From Gnetum montanum (lineage: Eukaryota; Plantae; Gnetophyta): a stretch of 64,000 nucleotides of DNA. The notes beneath the pieces were generated by a model that saw nothing but the letters and a program-made list of their open reading frames with translations, ran no database searches and was not told the origin of the DNA. The stretch is from assembly GCA_015680685.1 (NCBI GenBank), contig MNCI01000406.1, positions 582,045 to 646,044 of the forward strand, read 5' to 3'. Shown in pieces: positions 11,891 through 25,999 of this stretch; the stretch's first letter is position 1; each line of letters begins with the position of its first letter. Both the position numbers and the translations under genes were made by a program.

Positions 11891-13512
11891 TCTGATAGCC
11901 ATTGGACAAGGTGTTCCCATTGGATGAACTAGTGGGATAGGATATAGAGCCCAAGATCTTTCTAGTAAACTAGCTGTTGAATGTGTATTTTTTCAACTCT
12001 AATTAAGAAATGTATTATAACTAATACATATACTTCAATAATTATTTTATAAATCTTCTTACAAGTCACCTACATGTGATAGTTTCATTTTATGCCAAGT
12101 AAAGACTATCTTTATCTACTAAAACTTTTTTATGGTCATTGAATTTAATCATTCACAAGACTATGGTCATTGAATTTAATCATTCACAAGACTTTGTTCT
12201 TGCAATAATCATTTTTTTTTAAAATACCTTCACTATTCAAAAGAAACTTTTTGTAATAGTGAGGTTCTTCATAAGTTTCTTGATTACAACATATATTGTC
12301 TAAGTCTAACAACACCCCTTTCCCTTGCCACACACACACATATATAATTTAGTAAAGTCTCTTTGTATTTATATTGTTTTTATTTTTGCACTAAACCCTA
12401 TGTCTTCTTCATTTCAACCTATGTCAAGTTGTAAGGAATAATCTTTTGTAATGTTGCACTTTAAAAAAAATCCTCATTTGAGTTTGTCCCTACTACAAGA
12501 TTATTAGAAATGCACTTTTAAGTTCATTGATTGCATTGACAGGTTTTCACAAATTACCATTAATGGAGCACCTAACCTCATGGATAAGGCAATTTTTATA
12601 ATTTTATTTGTAAATAAATGTACAACTTTACAATTTGGAAAAAGCACCAAATAACTATTTTTTTAAAAGCCCATTTCATCACCTTATTATAGAATTTTAT
12701 CTTTATAACAAAAAAAAAACAATAATCTGAATAGCAAAATATGAGCATTTCCTAAAATGACCTTTAAAATTCATTCTAAAGTGCTTATTAAACTTTTTAA
12801 TTAATTTGTATAAATTACAATTCCCATTTCTTTGGGATTAGTTTCTATGCTCAAAAATAAAAGCGACCAAATCATAAAATGAAATTTTAAAAACTTCAAA
12901 ATTTTGATATATTCCTAAAATATTTAATTCTTACAAAACCCAAAAAATGTTATATTTCATAATTTTTTAAAAGAAAATACAAATAATATTCATAAGTTGT
13001 ATATTAATCAATGGTGTTAAATAACTTTGTATCTTCAAGTTGTAAGTTTAATCTTTGGTTATCATAAGTGTTAGATTAACATGTACTCATGTCTAAAATA
13101 ACATCTCACTAAGTAAGATATTTAAAAATTGAAAACCATATCATTAAACATTATCATTTAATAACTCTGCACTCCAGTATGCTAATGATGTAAACATAGA
13201 ATCAATGCACTTACAAAGTAAAAGATAATGGGACATCATTTAACATGTTTTCATGCTTATTTGAAAAAATTCATACTTGTTTAAAACAAAATTAATTGTG
13301 CCCTTATAAACTACCTAAAATTTGTTTCCTCCCTTCAATAAGAATTCCTTCACGTTGCGATAGATAGAATAATCAATAATTTCCTATTTTCGTAAAATTC
13401 ACATTTGCATATGCAGCCTATTTCTATGGTACGGAAAATTGTAGCATACCTCTTCTAGGAAGCAAACTCCAGGATGGCTTTAGGGTTTAGGGTACGGAAA
13501 ATTGTAGCATAC

Positions 13513-13546
13513 CTTTACAAATACTGAAATAGTGACTCCAACGCAC
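13513..13546 (-). other. Candidate 34-nt host exon
   Basis: tgtttttAG|GTGCGTTGGAGTCACTATTTCAGTATTTGTAAAG|GTatgc; two open frames; locally CpG-retaining, non-TE context. Product not recognised. Confidence 0.3.
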
Positions 13547-13764
13547 CTAAAAACATTATATCCAATGCCACTTAGTAGTGTTATAGGCAAACATAACAAC
13601 TGCGAGTGGTAGCTTTATCAGAATAGCGCATTTAACACCATGTGTTTAATTCATATGTTCTAGCTACAAATTGAGATATAGCACCGTGCATTTAATTCAG
13701 ATGTTAAAGTTACATATTGAGATATAAGATTTTGAGTCGTCAGTGCATTATTCCAACATACATT

Positions 13765-13900
13765 TAACTATTCAATGTGTTTGGATAAAAATTCAACCTT
13801 AAATATCCCATCAGGTAAACTACCTTTTAGCTAACTATTCAATGTGTTTGGATAAAAATTCAACCTTAAATATCCCATCAGGTAAACTACCTTTTAGCTA
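13765..13900. repeat. Perfect 67-bp tandem duplication
   Basis: taactattcaatgtgtttggataaaaattcaaccttaaatatcccatcaggtaaactaccttttagc occurs twice back to back. Confidence 0.95.
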
Positions 13901-14752
13901 TCCCATTAATCATTAAGGTAGGAAGATGATTTGATGTTGGCATCTTGGAATATTAGATTTCATCCATAAGTACATTTTGCACATAATCATTACCTTTATT
14001 TCATGAGGCATTCAAGTACCCAATCAATTGACCTATTATTAACCATCCCATGAAGTAAGATTTGAAGGAAGGACTCTCGACTATGTGATACCCTAGGCTC
14101 AAAATTAGTTGATTTTAATATACAGTTGTTCCTTTAACTCATAATTTTTGTTAAGAATCTAATAATTTATGATTTACTGATTGAACTATCACCTCATTGG
14201 CATTTATTTAACATGAACAGTTGAAGCTCATCTTGAAAGCAGCTGGATAGTCAACTATTTATTAGACACCAACTTGGACATAATGTATATTTTTACCATG
14301 CATAAGGAAATACATGTAGATTTGAACCTTGAACCTAAAGGCTATTGAATGAATGCTTTAAGCTGGTAACCCATAGCCACAATGTAGGCTATGTGATAAA
14401 ACATGTTTAATAAGTTACTTTAGATTGTATTACCCATAGATCCTAGGACTAGATGTGTTAGGATAATGGTTCCAAGGTTCCCTCCATTTGGAAAATTTTA
14501 GAATGCTTTACTCAAAAAATAATATATTAAAACATGCTTTTAATCACCCATAAGTCCTAGAAAGTACAAAAACTAGAAGTTCTATAAAAATATTTTAAAA
14601 TTGATGCCTTCAAAAGTTGGGTGATTGATGCCTTCAAACATTGCAAGGTCCTTAAATAAACACCAATTTTTAAGCCCATTAGGAGAAATGTTTACATATA
14701 TCATTGTAGAAAACTTCAAATTTCTACGAACTGTCAAGCTTCATATAGTAAC

Positions 14753-16330
14753 TTTTTTTTTCTTTGATCAAAAAATTTGTGTATCTATTTAGTAAGAGCA
14801 AAGAGAGCAAAAAACAACTAGGGATGTTGTGTGCCATTACCAAATAGGAGGGGGCACAAAGCACTAGCAACAATAACTCCATGTCATTACAACACAAGAG
14901 GTGCAAAGGCCAACAATAGGGAAGAACACCAAGAGAAAATTAGTAAGTATGATGGAACAGCCACAACCAACCCTAAAAAAGACAAAGTTTGACACAATAA
15001 GAGGTTCACCCAACCAAGAACCCTAAGGGGAAGACTTAAGGAAGCAAAAAACATGGGCAATCAAATAAGATAGAGACAAACGTTAGGAAAATTAGAATTG
15101 ATGATTATGATTGACCTTCTAGATGGATCTTTAACCCCATGTGGAAACAACCCTAACATTTGGGATGATATAAAGCTTTAAGTAGAATAGGAAGTGATCA
15201 TTATGGCAATTCAACTACTCTTGCCTAATATCATCATATGCCTACACATCCCAAGTTTTTTGTAAGAGTTTGAATCTCTCCTCATTGCCACCTTTGTCTA
15301 GGTGCACTTTGACTAGGCTCTGCATTGGGGGAAAGCTTAATAACATAAAGCGAACAAGTGTGAGCTTTGTTAAACATCTCTTTTGAGGTTTTCCTCATCT
15401 AAAAAGTATGGGCTTCATGATTGATCTTAGGAGTTGAGAAGGATGGGGGTGAGGAAGGGGATGGAGAAGGAAGGAAGGGAGATGAGGATAGGGAGGTGTC
15501 AACATAAGATGTGATCTAGGGAGATGAGTGGTAGCTGTGCAAACATGGGGATGATGGGATCGTATCAATAGAAGTCAAAGCCTAATCCTATCAAGAATAC
15601 ATAGCCTATCAAGCCCACCAAAAAAGCTTAATCATGTACGCAATCACATGGTAGAGAATTAGATATCATGCTCCTCATCAATGCTACACCTAAAATCCTT
15701 GTTGCTGAAGTTATACTAGGCATGGTGAATAAGGCAAAACCTTAAGGCATTTTTGCACTATTTGTTTCCCCTAATATATGGGTAAGTAAAAATTTTCATC
15801 TAACAAGTGGCTTGTTGTACCTATTTTGGCAAAGAAAAATGTAGATTCCTAGCACTTGGTAAGGGCTAATCCCTAGTTTGTAAAACATGGTCATAGCTTG
15901 CTCACCATAGTCCTTCCAAATAGAATCAAACAAAAGGAATCCATTTTTTGCCTATAAGTTGAAGCAATTATTTGCATTTAGAGGTTGCAGTAGATCAACA
16001 TGGGATTGTTGCTTTAAGGAATGCAAGGGGTGGTAGAGGAGGTGGCAAAGGGGAGGAACATGTAGGGAAATGTGTAGGAGAATTATGTAAGGGAATGTAA
16101 AGGAAATGATGGGGGATGAAGGAGAGAAAAGGTGATGGAAGGTGATAGTGGCAACAAAAATGGCAATAGAGGGGGAAGGGCATGGTAGTGTTTGCACCCT
16201 AGGAAGCCAAAGGGACAAAAGAAGGCTTGGGAGGAGGTGGCGACATGTAGTCAACAAGGGGCCTAAAAGAGGATTTAGTAGAAGGATTAGTAGGAAAAGC
16301 ATAATGGAAGGACAATACCATTAGCTATAA
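14753..16330 (-). mobile_element. Probable decayed non-LTR (LINE-related) element with poly(A) end
   Basis: Minus strand ends ..ttttttgatcaaagaaaaaaaaa, resembling a plant L1 3' end. Interior is coding-like and Pro-rich but no domain was recognised. Confidence 0.35.
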
Positions 16331-16598
16331 GAAACAATGTGAATATATGGTTCTTATTTTTACTCTTCCATAGTCATTTCTTTTTTACATTGAGCAGAGT
16401 AGTTATTGTTATAGAAGTCTTTTATTTTCATGTTTGGGTTGTGTAGGAGCAATAAGTGTTCTATTTTTTAATGTTCAAGACTAAAGTAGAAGGTTAGGTT
16501 AAGAGAACTATCAAAATTGAGGGTATTGGAACCTGAAATAGTTGTAATATAGGTATACCCCAAGATATATAGTCCATTTAGAACTTTAAAACTCAGCA

Positions 16599-16668
16599 CG
16601 GTCCCCCATAATTAAACCCATGACTTGGAGCTTCCAAATCAAGAATCTTACCACTAGGCTAACCCCTC
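16599..16668 (-). mobile_element. tRNA-derived SINE-like head, degenerate
   Basis: Minus strand gaggggtTAGCCTAGTGGtaag (A box) followed by gGGTTTAATT (decayed B box) at tRNA-like spacing. Confidence 0.45.
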
Positions 16669-17213
16669 ATTGTTTAGCCCATGTCAAAAGGAGCAAAATC
16701 CTACCATGAAAAAAGTATAAATAGGAATAAATCCCTCTCTTATATACTTGAAGCAAAGAGCATTTGCATTGAATAAAAGAAGAGCTCTTCCTTCCTTCCA
16801 TTGAGTGTGCAAATTATTGTGTGTTTTAAAGCTCACTTAGCTTCATTTTGCTTCATTCTCTTTTTTGCAATCTTGCAAGCATGGTCTCCATAATTAAGAA
16901 GTGAATCCCTTCCATGGTCTATTCTCTCTCAAGTTCTCTCATGCATGTTCTCACATGAATTCTCTCATGGTTTCACACTAATTCTCATGTTTCTAATATC
17001 AAATTCATGTTCTCATATTTGATTTGAAGTTTGAGACATAGAATTGAAGTTCATATTTAGGGTTTGAAGAATTTAGAAGGGTTTAGTGAGAAATTAGCTT
17101 TGATCTCTTTCTTCCTTATTTAATTACCTCTAATTTGAAGAGATTCACTCTCACAAACATCATCATCAAGTGTATACCATCTCTAATTACTTCAGTTTGC
17201 ATGTCCCTTTATG

Positions 17214-19330
17214 TTTTTTTTTTTTTGGAAAATATTTGGGTTAGATTAATCATAAAAATGAATTTACAATAGATTTGTACAATCCAAAAAATGAGGGGAG
17301 GCCTCTCCCTTCAATAGCCCCTCCCCCCAAAAAAACCCCCCAACTCAACCCATCCCCACCCCCCATCCCCCCCACCCCCTTGTCATCTCCTAGCACAAAA
17401 GTAAATTTAGCAGGTCACCCTTGTGGGCCCTCTAACACCATCCCTCCCTTTAAAATTTGAAACCTAAAAAAGACAAAGAAAACCAGTAGAACCAAAGCCC
17501 CAAAACATCCTATATATTATATGGCAGCCATGTGTAGTGGAAAATAATATGCTCTTAGCCATGGATGGCATTTAGAACCTTCCTATGCCATTTTGTGTCA
17601 ACAAAAGCTATCACTTGCTAGAAGTCCTTGAAAGCTTCAGCTTTCCTTATGCATTCCACCACATTCCCTTTGCCATTTGGATGGATCTCCTTCCCCCTTC
17701 ATCTTATATGCTTCCTAAGGATTCCCTAGGGCATGTTGCACCCAATGTTTATTATTACATAGGAACATCATCCCTCCCATAGCTAGGTTCACACATTATT
17801 TTCATGTGCTTGGTCCAACTATTGGTGGATTTGGACTACCTCCCACTCTTCTTGCTCATGGCACTCTTGGTCTTCCCACATTTATGCCTCCTAAAAATGT
17901 GTCTTCTCTTGAATCTTCTCCTTAATTCTCTACCTAAGGTCTATCTCCAGCACATGTAATGTCGTTACCTTCACCAGATCTCAATGAATCCTTTCCTCCT
18001 TTGTGACATTCATGTGTCACTACTCCATCTGTGTTCTAGTTGCTATTGGAACTACTCTTCCAATCAATGTCATTTGGACTTCCATAGGGCATGCTCCTTC
18101 TCCCAAGCCCATTCCACTACCTCCATCATTGTCTCCACCACAAGGAAGGGCCAATCCTCACCCCCAGGTCCATCTCCACCTTAGGTCTTGCCACAATCAA
18201 TAAACCCCTCAACTTGCAAATCCCTTGGCCCCTCTTGTTTATCAAAATCTTACAACTCTATCATGAGGTCAACCACTATAGGTGGAATAAAACACAACTT
18301 CCATCAGCCATAAACAACCTAAACTAAGAAGGCCCTTAGTGCCAACCAAACCTCCCCCTACGTCATCTGCCACAAAGCCAAAATTAGGCCCAACTGGGTA
18401 CCCATCCTCTATTGGCACAAAATGGAAAGAAAAAACCAAGGTAGGTTCATCATATATCACACCCCCCCGCCCCCACGAAGGAAACACATAAGGTTGAAGT
18501 GCAATGCACAAAAAAATGGTCCACCAGAACAATTACATCTTGCCAAATAGGGTTCAATGCCAGCTTCAAAACCTCACTACTGCTTGTCTTAGGTATAGGA
18601 CCCACAAAGAAATACTTAGTGTCTTACAATCCCCTCCCCTGAAGCAACACCTTCTTCCCCTCCACTGAAACACTTAGGTAATGTGCAATGGCCTCCTCTA
18701 TGAGGTCAATGCACACCCCCTTGAAAGAGTGTGACATCCTCTAGCTAATTTGTATAGAAGGATCCATCTTCAAGGTTGGGGTTCCACCATAGCACACCCA
18801 ACACATCAGTCCACCACACTTTGGTAACCATACTCCAGAGAACTATGTTCTCCTAGCACTCCTTGTAGGAGGGCTCATAAGTGGGGGTAACACCCAATGC
18901 CAAATGCACTTTCCTCCATAGCCTTATTCCAATAGCTACAACCTACACTAGTGATGGCGGTAGCACCCCCCTAAAAACCTAGTAATTATACAATTGACAA
19001 AGCACCCACTAAATTATCATGGCATGAGAATCCCTATCAAATCATGTCACCAAATGGAGATTTACAACTTGCCACATCCTCTTTGAAAAAGGACATTCCC
19101 AAATAAAATGGGTGATAGTTTCCTCTCCTACCATGTAGAGGGGACACATGGTATTAACATTAAATCGTTGCCATATTAATTCATGCTACATGGGTGATAG
19201 CGAAATTATTAACAAGCCATATAAACATTTTTATCTTTTTTGGGAGCTGACCCTTCCACACTTGCCACCATTCCCTAACCTTTGGATATTTATTTTGAAG
19301 TAGTTGTTTTGGTGGCATATTCAAAATCCC
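17214..19330 (-). mobile_element. 5'-truncated L1 LINE (zf-RVT domain, C-terminal domain, long 3' region, poly(A))
   Basis: 19270-19060 translates WWQVWKGQLPKKIKMFIW..MCPL..GEETITHFIWECPFSKRMW; T13 run at 17214-17226. Confidence 0.8.
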
Positions 19331-20599
19331 CACCATCATCACCTCCCATGTGTGTGAGCAGAAGGCCTACTAGATATGTGAATCATGTACAAAGGCCTTC
19401 CTCTATGTTTGGAAGCTAAGGTTTGATACCTTTTCTTATAAATTGATGTTTCAAGATCCAAAATTATGTAGAGAAAACCTCAAGCATTGTTGGTTTGAAT
19501 TACATAAAGATTTAATTTTCTTAAAGGTTTTCTCATGGTTGTATGCACATATCCAACAAGCTTGATATATTCATATCACATTTGATGTTGTTTCATGCCT
19601 TAGAGGTCAAAAGTCATGCTAATTGTATGTTTCCCAAGAAATTTGTAGTCAAAACTTGTAGATTTGAGTCCTAAACATATTTGCATGGACTCTTAGCTCT
19701 CAATTGGTCATGTAACCCTTAAAATTTATCAAATTGGCTTTGTTTGTACATGTTTTTCATGTGATGCCTATCAGCTATAACCCCACTACAATGATACATT
19801 TGTTGCATTGTAGAAACAAAGACCAAAATTCAGATTTAGGCCCTCCCATTGGAGTAGCACCATGATGAAGACCAAAATAGAGGTCATGGCCAACTTGCCA
19901 TTAGCTCATAGTATATTGAAATTGCTATTAGGGAAGTTATGCCTAAGTCATGGTGCCCTAGCACCTAGGTCATGCTAGTTTCAAGATCAAATTCAAAGTT
20001 CCACCATGACCAATTATCACTTATGGTTAGATCACAACATGTTCAATGTGCATAACATGACTCCTAGCTAGATTACAACCACCTCACAATGAGAAAATGT
20101 TTTGCAAAAATAAAGGACTATGATCCTTAGTTAACTTGCAATCAAGATGCAAGCCTATCCAACCTTGTGTTCAACCCACAATGTGCCCATATTCAAAGTT
20201 CTAGCCATCGTTGGCCCTAGGATCTGCTTTCACCAACATCTTGGACCCTTCACAATGTTGCAATGCCTCTAACAATGATCCAACCAATGATCCCCAAGGC
20301 CCTGTAGATAGAACCAAAAGGAGCTACAAGGCTCAACAAAGCACCAATACAAGTTTGGAATGGCACAAAAGATCACGTGACAACAATTTCATGAGTAAAA
20401 AATTTGGAAAATTTAGTGGAAATTCTTGATTGAGAATCTATAGTTAGAATAAATATTATGTGAAGTTAGCTTGAAGAGCTAACCCAAGTGGATGAAAAAC
20501 CTCTTCATGAGCTATGCCCCCATATTCCAAAGTGGTAGCAACACAAAGTAAGGAATATGCTTACTTTTTTCCCTCAGCACCTTCTCAAGGAAGAAAATT

Positions 20600-22900
20600 G
20601 CATAAATCAAGCCTTGACAGTTAATAAAAAAAAAACCTTATGTTGGGAATCTACAAAAGATCAACAATTACACCTTTAGAAGGATGTGTATCCTATAGAA
20701 AATAATTATAGCATATTCACATGCATGTCATTCAGCATGGCATGCAAAACCTCTACCTAACTAGCAACATGTACCAAGTCCTAGAGCGCAGGGTTCTCCT
20801 TAGACTTATTGATGATGTCAAGTTTCACTATGGAAATCTTCTCCATGATAGCCTAAATCTCACGCTAGTAAAGGGTGATGAAAGTTCCGAGGAAAGAAGG
20901 AGTCCATGATGTAATCCTAACAAGGGCCACAAAGCAACACTCCGTCTATAAAAGCTTGGAAAAAAGGCTTTTAACTCAATAAAGTGACTAAGGCATGCCA
21001 TCTATTGAGTTGCATAGCCTGGTGATGTAACTACATGTATTTAAAAAAATGATATGTGTCTTCAAGGATGGAATTGCAAATGATGCACAGTTGTTTTTAC
21101 AAGGGATGCCATGTGTCAACAAGAAAACACAAGTTAAGAAGGCATTGTAGTATGCTAGACACAAGAAGAATTTGGTTTTTCCATAGACCTTTAATTTCCA
21201 CATGTGCTTATGTCCATTTTATAATAGGAATATATGTTTGAGGAGATCGGTGACAATCAAGAATGTTGGGCATGAACTATGACTCATGATATCAATAATC
21301 ACTAACAAGATGGATTACATAAACTATGATTTGACATTTAGATTTGGATTTGATGGTGCCTCTAATAGCACACCATACTTAAACATGATCATCCTTACCA
21401 AAGGGGCATTTCCTTTCAAAATGTTATTAATGATGGAAGCATGTGCAATAAGACACAAGCCTACTATGCAAAAAAAAAAACCCTAAGTTCCCCTGCACCC
21501 TCTCCTCCCTCCCCCCACAGTTTGCAAACAAGAAAAACAAAGAGATCAAGTGGCGATCAAAGGCTTTCTATCCTCTTAGACCAAGCAACTAAGTACAGTC
21601 TTTTACCCCCTCTCTATCATTCTAGAGAAAGTCTCTTATAGTTTTGTTCACACTGCACATAAAGAATCTTGGACTTGGTTAGGTTAACAACTAGATCCAT
21701 TTCCTAGGTGAACCTACTCAAGGCCCTTTTAGTAGTCTTGACCTTATTCATGGTGAATTTAGACATGTTCATAGTGTCATCAACATAGTGTTACAATGTA
21801 GATGATACAAGCCCAAGCTAAAGCCCTCTAACTTCTTCTTGCAAGAACAAATGACAATTAAAAAAAAAAGGTATTGTAACAAAGGATCACCTAGGGTGTA
21901 GAGAAGAACCTAACTTACTAGCTATCTTTGAAAAGAATAAATTTTGCAAAGTGTTGCATTTAAATATAGAGATTTATCATATTAATAGCCTTTCCTTTTC
22001 ATAATAATCTGAAGTACCCTATAATCCACTACACTATAAGCTCTAGTAATATCTAGCTTGAGGAACATAGAAGACAATTAAGCTACTTACATAAGTATAT
22101 ATATTTATGAACCAAAATAATTTGTTCTTCAACATATTTGCATTTGGAAAATCCAGCCAACTGTAGACTAGTGCAATATAATTTGGTCAACAATATGAGC
22201 CATTATCTTAGCAAATCTGCCTATCAAAATTTTGGCTAAAAGTATGCAAAACATTACAATTGTTGATCGGCCTATAGTATTGTAGACTAGGGCAATGGTC
22301 TTTCTTGGGAATGAGGACAACCCTAGTGTTGTTGAACATAGTGGGGGCCATATAGTTTGAATCAAGTTTTGCACCAAATCTTGGATATTAGGACAAATGA
22401 TATCGAAGAAGTGCTTATAAAAGTCCACAGGACAAACATCAGGTTAAGGGGCTTTGTTATTCTACATAGAGCTTACCATACCCTAGATTTGATGGAGAAA
22501 AACTAACCATACCCCAGATTTGATGGAGGAAAACTAAGGCAAGAAGCTCAAAATTTCCCTCTAGGGTAATGACCTAGGAAATGTTGATAATGATATCAAT
22601 AGTAGGAACTACTTTTCAAAGTTGAGCTAGGTGGTTCAAAAGATCAAAATTGATGTCCTTGGGATCAGTATAAGTGCTCTTCCCTACACTAAACCAATCA
22701 CCCATGCCACCACTTTAGGAAAAGCTTCCCCTCTCTCTCCTACACCAATTGTAACATCCACCCATAGGAAGCAAGAGTTAACACTCAAAGCCCATAACAA
22801 GCTAGCTAATAAATGCAAGGGTAAACTTTTTTTCCCCAAACAGTTGATCAATTGTTAGAAATTTAGCTTGCATATAGACCATCATAGAGAACTATCAATA
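20600..22900 (-). mobile_element. Decayed L1 LINE ORF2 (RT and zf-RVT)
   Basis: NKAP*PD..DFYKHFFDII (~22460-22400); LAKIL..R; zf-RVT-like MWKLKVYGKTKFFLCLAY (20988-21203). Boundaries approximate. Confidence 0.75.
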
Positions 22901-23779
22901 AAATAATGCATAACAAAGAAAATTATATGATATAAAGAATGGCCCAAGGATCTAGCAAGAAGAGAATGCCAATATGATGATTAACATCTCTTAATACACA
23001 ATGCATCCAAGGTGTAGTACAAAAGCAAAAATAGCTAAAACTCAAAATCATATCTATAAGCATCTAGCTTAGCCAAAACTAAGTAATCTAATCCCTTTAC
23101 TTAATAGTCTTAAATTATGCATGGCCAAAATGTAATCAAACATAAGTCAAACTAAAGGAAAACATATTATTTGTGTACTTGAAAAACTACAATTTGAAAT
23201 ACAAATTAATCCAACAATCTCTACATATATTTACAATATCAATGAAAAACCATGTCTAATTAGCACAAAACACCATAACCATAGTTAGATTTTAGTTGAA
23301 CTATTAATGATAAAAGTCAACCATCAAAAGCAAACAATGACAATAAAAATTTGAACAAGATTCCTTTGATACAATGTAGAGATCTAGTTTACAAATCATA
23401 TTCTGATTTTCCTTAGACCCAAATAATAAATCAAATGTTGTTCATCAAGAGACTAGTGCAACCAAACAATCGGCCATAAGAAATGTATAAATCAATAATA
23501 TCAATCCTTTCAATTGCACAATAAAACTATTTTATTTTCTTCCAGTAACGCTCACAATAAAAATCATTTCAAATCTACTTGGCTGACCTAAAATAATATA
23601 ATGCACACTACTAACATTTAATCAATGTATCCAATTTACCAATAATAGAGAATAGAAAAATCACATACATTTAACAACCATGATTTAACATCACTAATGT
23701 TAATGACCATAATTTAATAGCCATGATTTAACATCACTCTTAGTTAATAACCATAATTTAACAACCACAATTTGTTGTC

Positions 23780-24050
23780 TTCTATGGTAGCCACAGCCTT
23801 TCCTAGTTGCTATTCTTTCTTTCTAGCCATAACTTTCTCATGGTGATGTTCATTTGTTGTTTAAGCCATACTCTTTGTTTGTTATTGTTCTTCTTCTCTT
23901 TCAACCACTATCTTCTTATTGTTGTTTATTTGTTGCTTTAGCTACAATCTCTATTGTTGTTGTTCATCTTCTCATTTAGCCAAAGTTATCTTTTTGTTAT
24001 TCATTTGTTGTTCTAGCTAGCATCTACTTTTGTTGTTATTCATTTATAGC
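23780..24050. repeat. Degenerate ~30-bp tandem array (tagcca...ttgttgttcatttgttg)
   Basis: Recurrent 'agcca' plus 'ttgtt' units. Confidence 0.5.
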
Positions 24051-25999
24051 CACCTCCCTTATGATTGAGCTCTCCTTCTACCTCCTATGTGCACACACAC
24101 TCTCCCTTTTTTTCTTTTGCCTAACCCTTTTTCTTCACTTTGATTTTAATTTCAAATTTTGTTTCTTTAATGTAACTAAATATTTATTAAAAAAAGTTCT
24201 CCATCTTGCTTTTTTTTAATAAATAAAACATGTTTTTCATGCCACCTAGTCATGAGTTTAATTTTTCCCATGATCACTCTTTAAAATTAATAAAAATATA
24301 TTCTAACTAGTTGCAAGTTCAATTCCCTAAGTTACAACTTTCAATATTTTGAAATTCTAATTCTACCAAGTGTCAGGTTTAATTCTTCTTGATCTCACAT
24401 AGTAGAAAACTAACAAGCATAAAATATTCAAACATAATATCCACCTATGTTCCTTCTTTCTTCAACAACATGCCACCTCTAAATTTATTAGCAATAAATA
24501 TGTAGTTTTGCTTCATTTCTAACAGCTTTTCTTCGTAGAAATCAAAGTCATAAGGTGTAATGGAAGAGGTTTAAAATTGTAAGTATACAAGAGTACAAGT
24601 CCAAGACATAAAACTAAGTGAAGCACCTTCACTTTCAAGCCATTAGCAATGCAAGAGTTTCCATTTTATGTTCATAATTGATTATTGCATTGTCTTACAA
24701 TGCTTTGAAAGTTTATCACCTAAGCTTTCTATAGCCATTAAGAGGGTATTTATATTCTATCAACTAATGAAACTATAAAGAACAATGCATCAACAACATA
24801 CATAACATTCCACATGTTCATTATTTAAAATAATACAAGTATGATATACATAATATTCCTGATTCATAGGTTAGCTTCCTTCCACTTGATTCATTAGTCA
24901 AGTTCCACAGCAACATGAGCATATGTATGTATATTTTAAAAAATAATGCATACTAAGTGAAACATACCTCTTTTAGTCCTTGAAGCATACCATAGAAAAT
25001 CTTTGTTTCTTCCTTTTTTCCAAATCTGATCACTGAATAATTAGAATTTGCACAGTAGCTCTTAGAGATAAGATATCCAAAACATATATGAATACATACT
25101 GAAGCAAGCATAGGAGATACCCACACCAATCAATCAATCAATATATATATAAAAACATTCTAATTAGTTTAAGAAATCATTCCAATGCACATAGGTGATA
25201 CAACATATAAAAAATAAATAAAATCATACTATCAACCTCATAAATAATACAACATTTTAGCTTCATTTCTATTGAACATTCATGTTGTTCATTTCATTAA
25301 TATATTGTAAATCAATTAGTACTTAGTAATTTGCATCTAGTAATACACGCAACACAAATTAGTACAACTTAGATCAATCACAAGGAAGAATAACTAGTCA
25401 TTCAACCAATCATCAATACAAACACATTAGCAACATTGTAAATCTATCACAGCTATAATTTTATAGATAGTTGTACAAATCAACACTATCCACACACATC
25501 ACACCAAAGTAGACTCACACACATTGCTATAAAATTTAAGATAAAAATCCATGAAAGTTGGGTTGTTACATTGTCAGCTAGGTCTTTTCAAATCTTTGCT
25601 TTACATGGTAGTATTTTAAAAATTAAATCAAAGATTTTTTTAATTTACATTAGACATAGTTGAGCTTTATTCAGTTTCTTCTTTATTCAGTTTCTTCTTA
25701 AAATTAGGTTATAACTCAAAAGTTTAACTAGAATCTTATTCTTTATTATGGATTTTTTGCTTGCACTAAATAGCTATTAATAGTGATCATTTAAAGATAT
25801 TGTATGTCATGTTGGCATGATGTTTAAGAGTAGACAAAAAATTTTAATATGGAAAAATTTCTTTGCTTGTAACTAAAAAAAATTCTTACATTGACATTTT
25901 TTTGTGTGTAAATAGCAACTACTTTTTGCGCATCCTTACATTAAAGATCTACCTGTAACATCCAGAAATGTTAGGTAACATTAATGGGGAATCTGCAAC

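Noticed and set aside
14320-14380. Possible tRNA gene (B-box ggttcaaatc on the minus strand)
   Set aside because: No cloverleaf or clear A box; at most a SINE relic.
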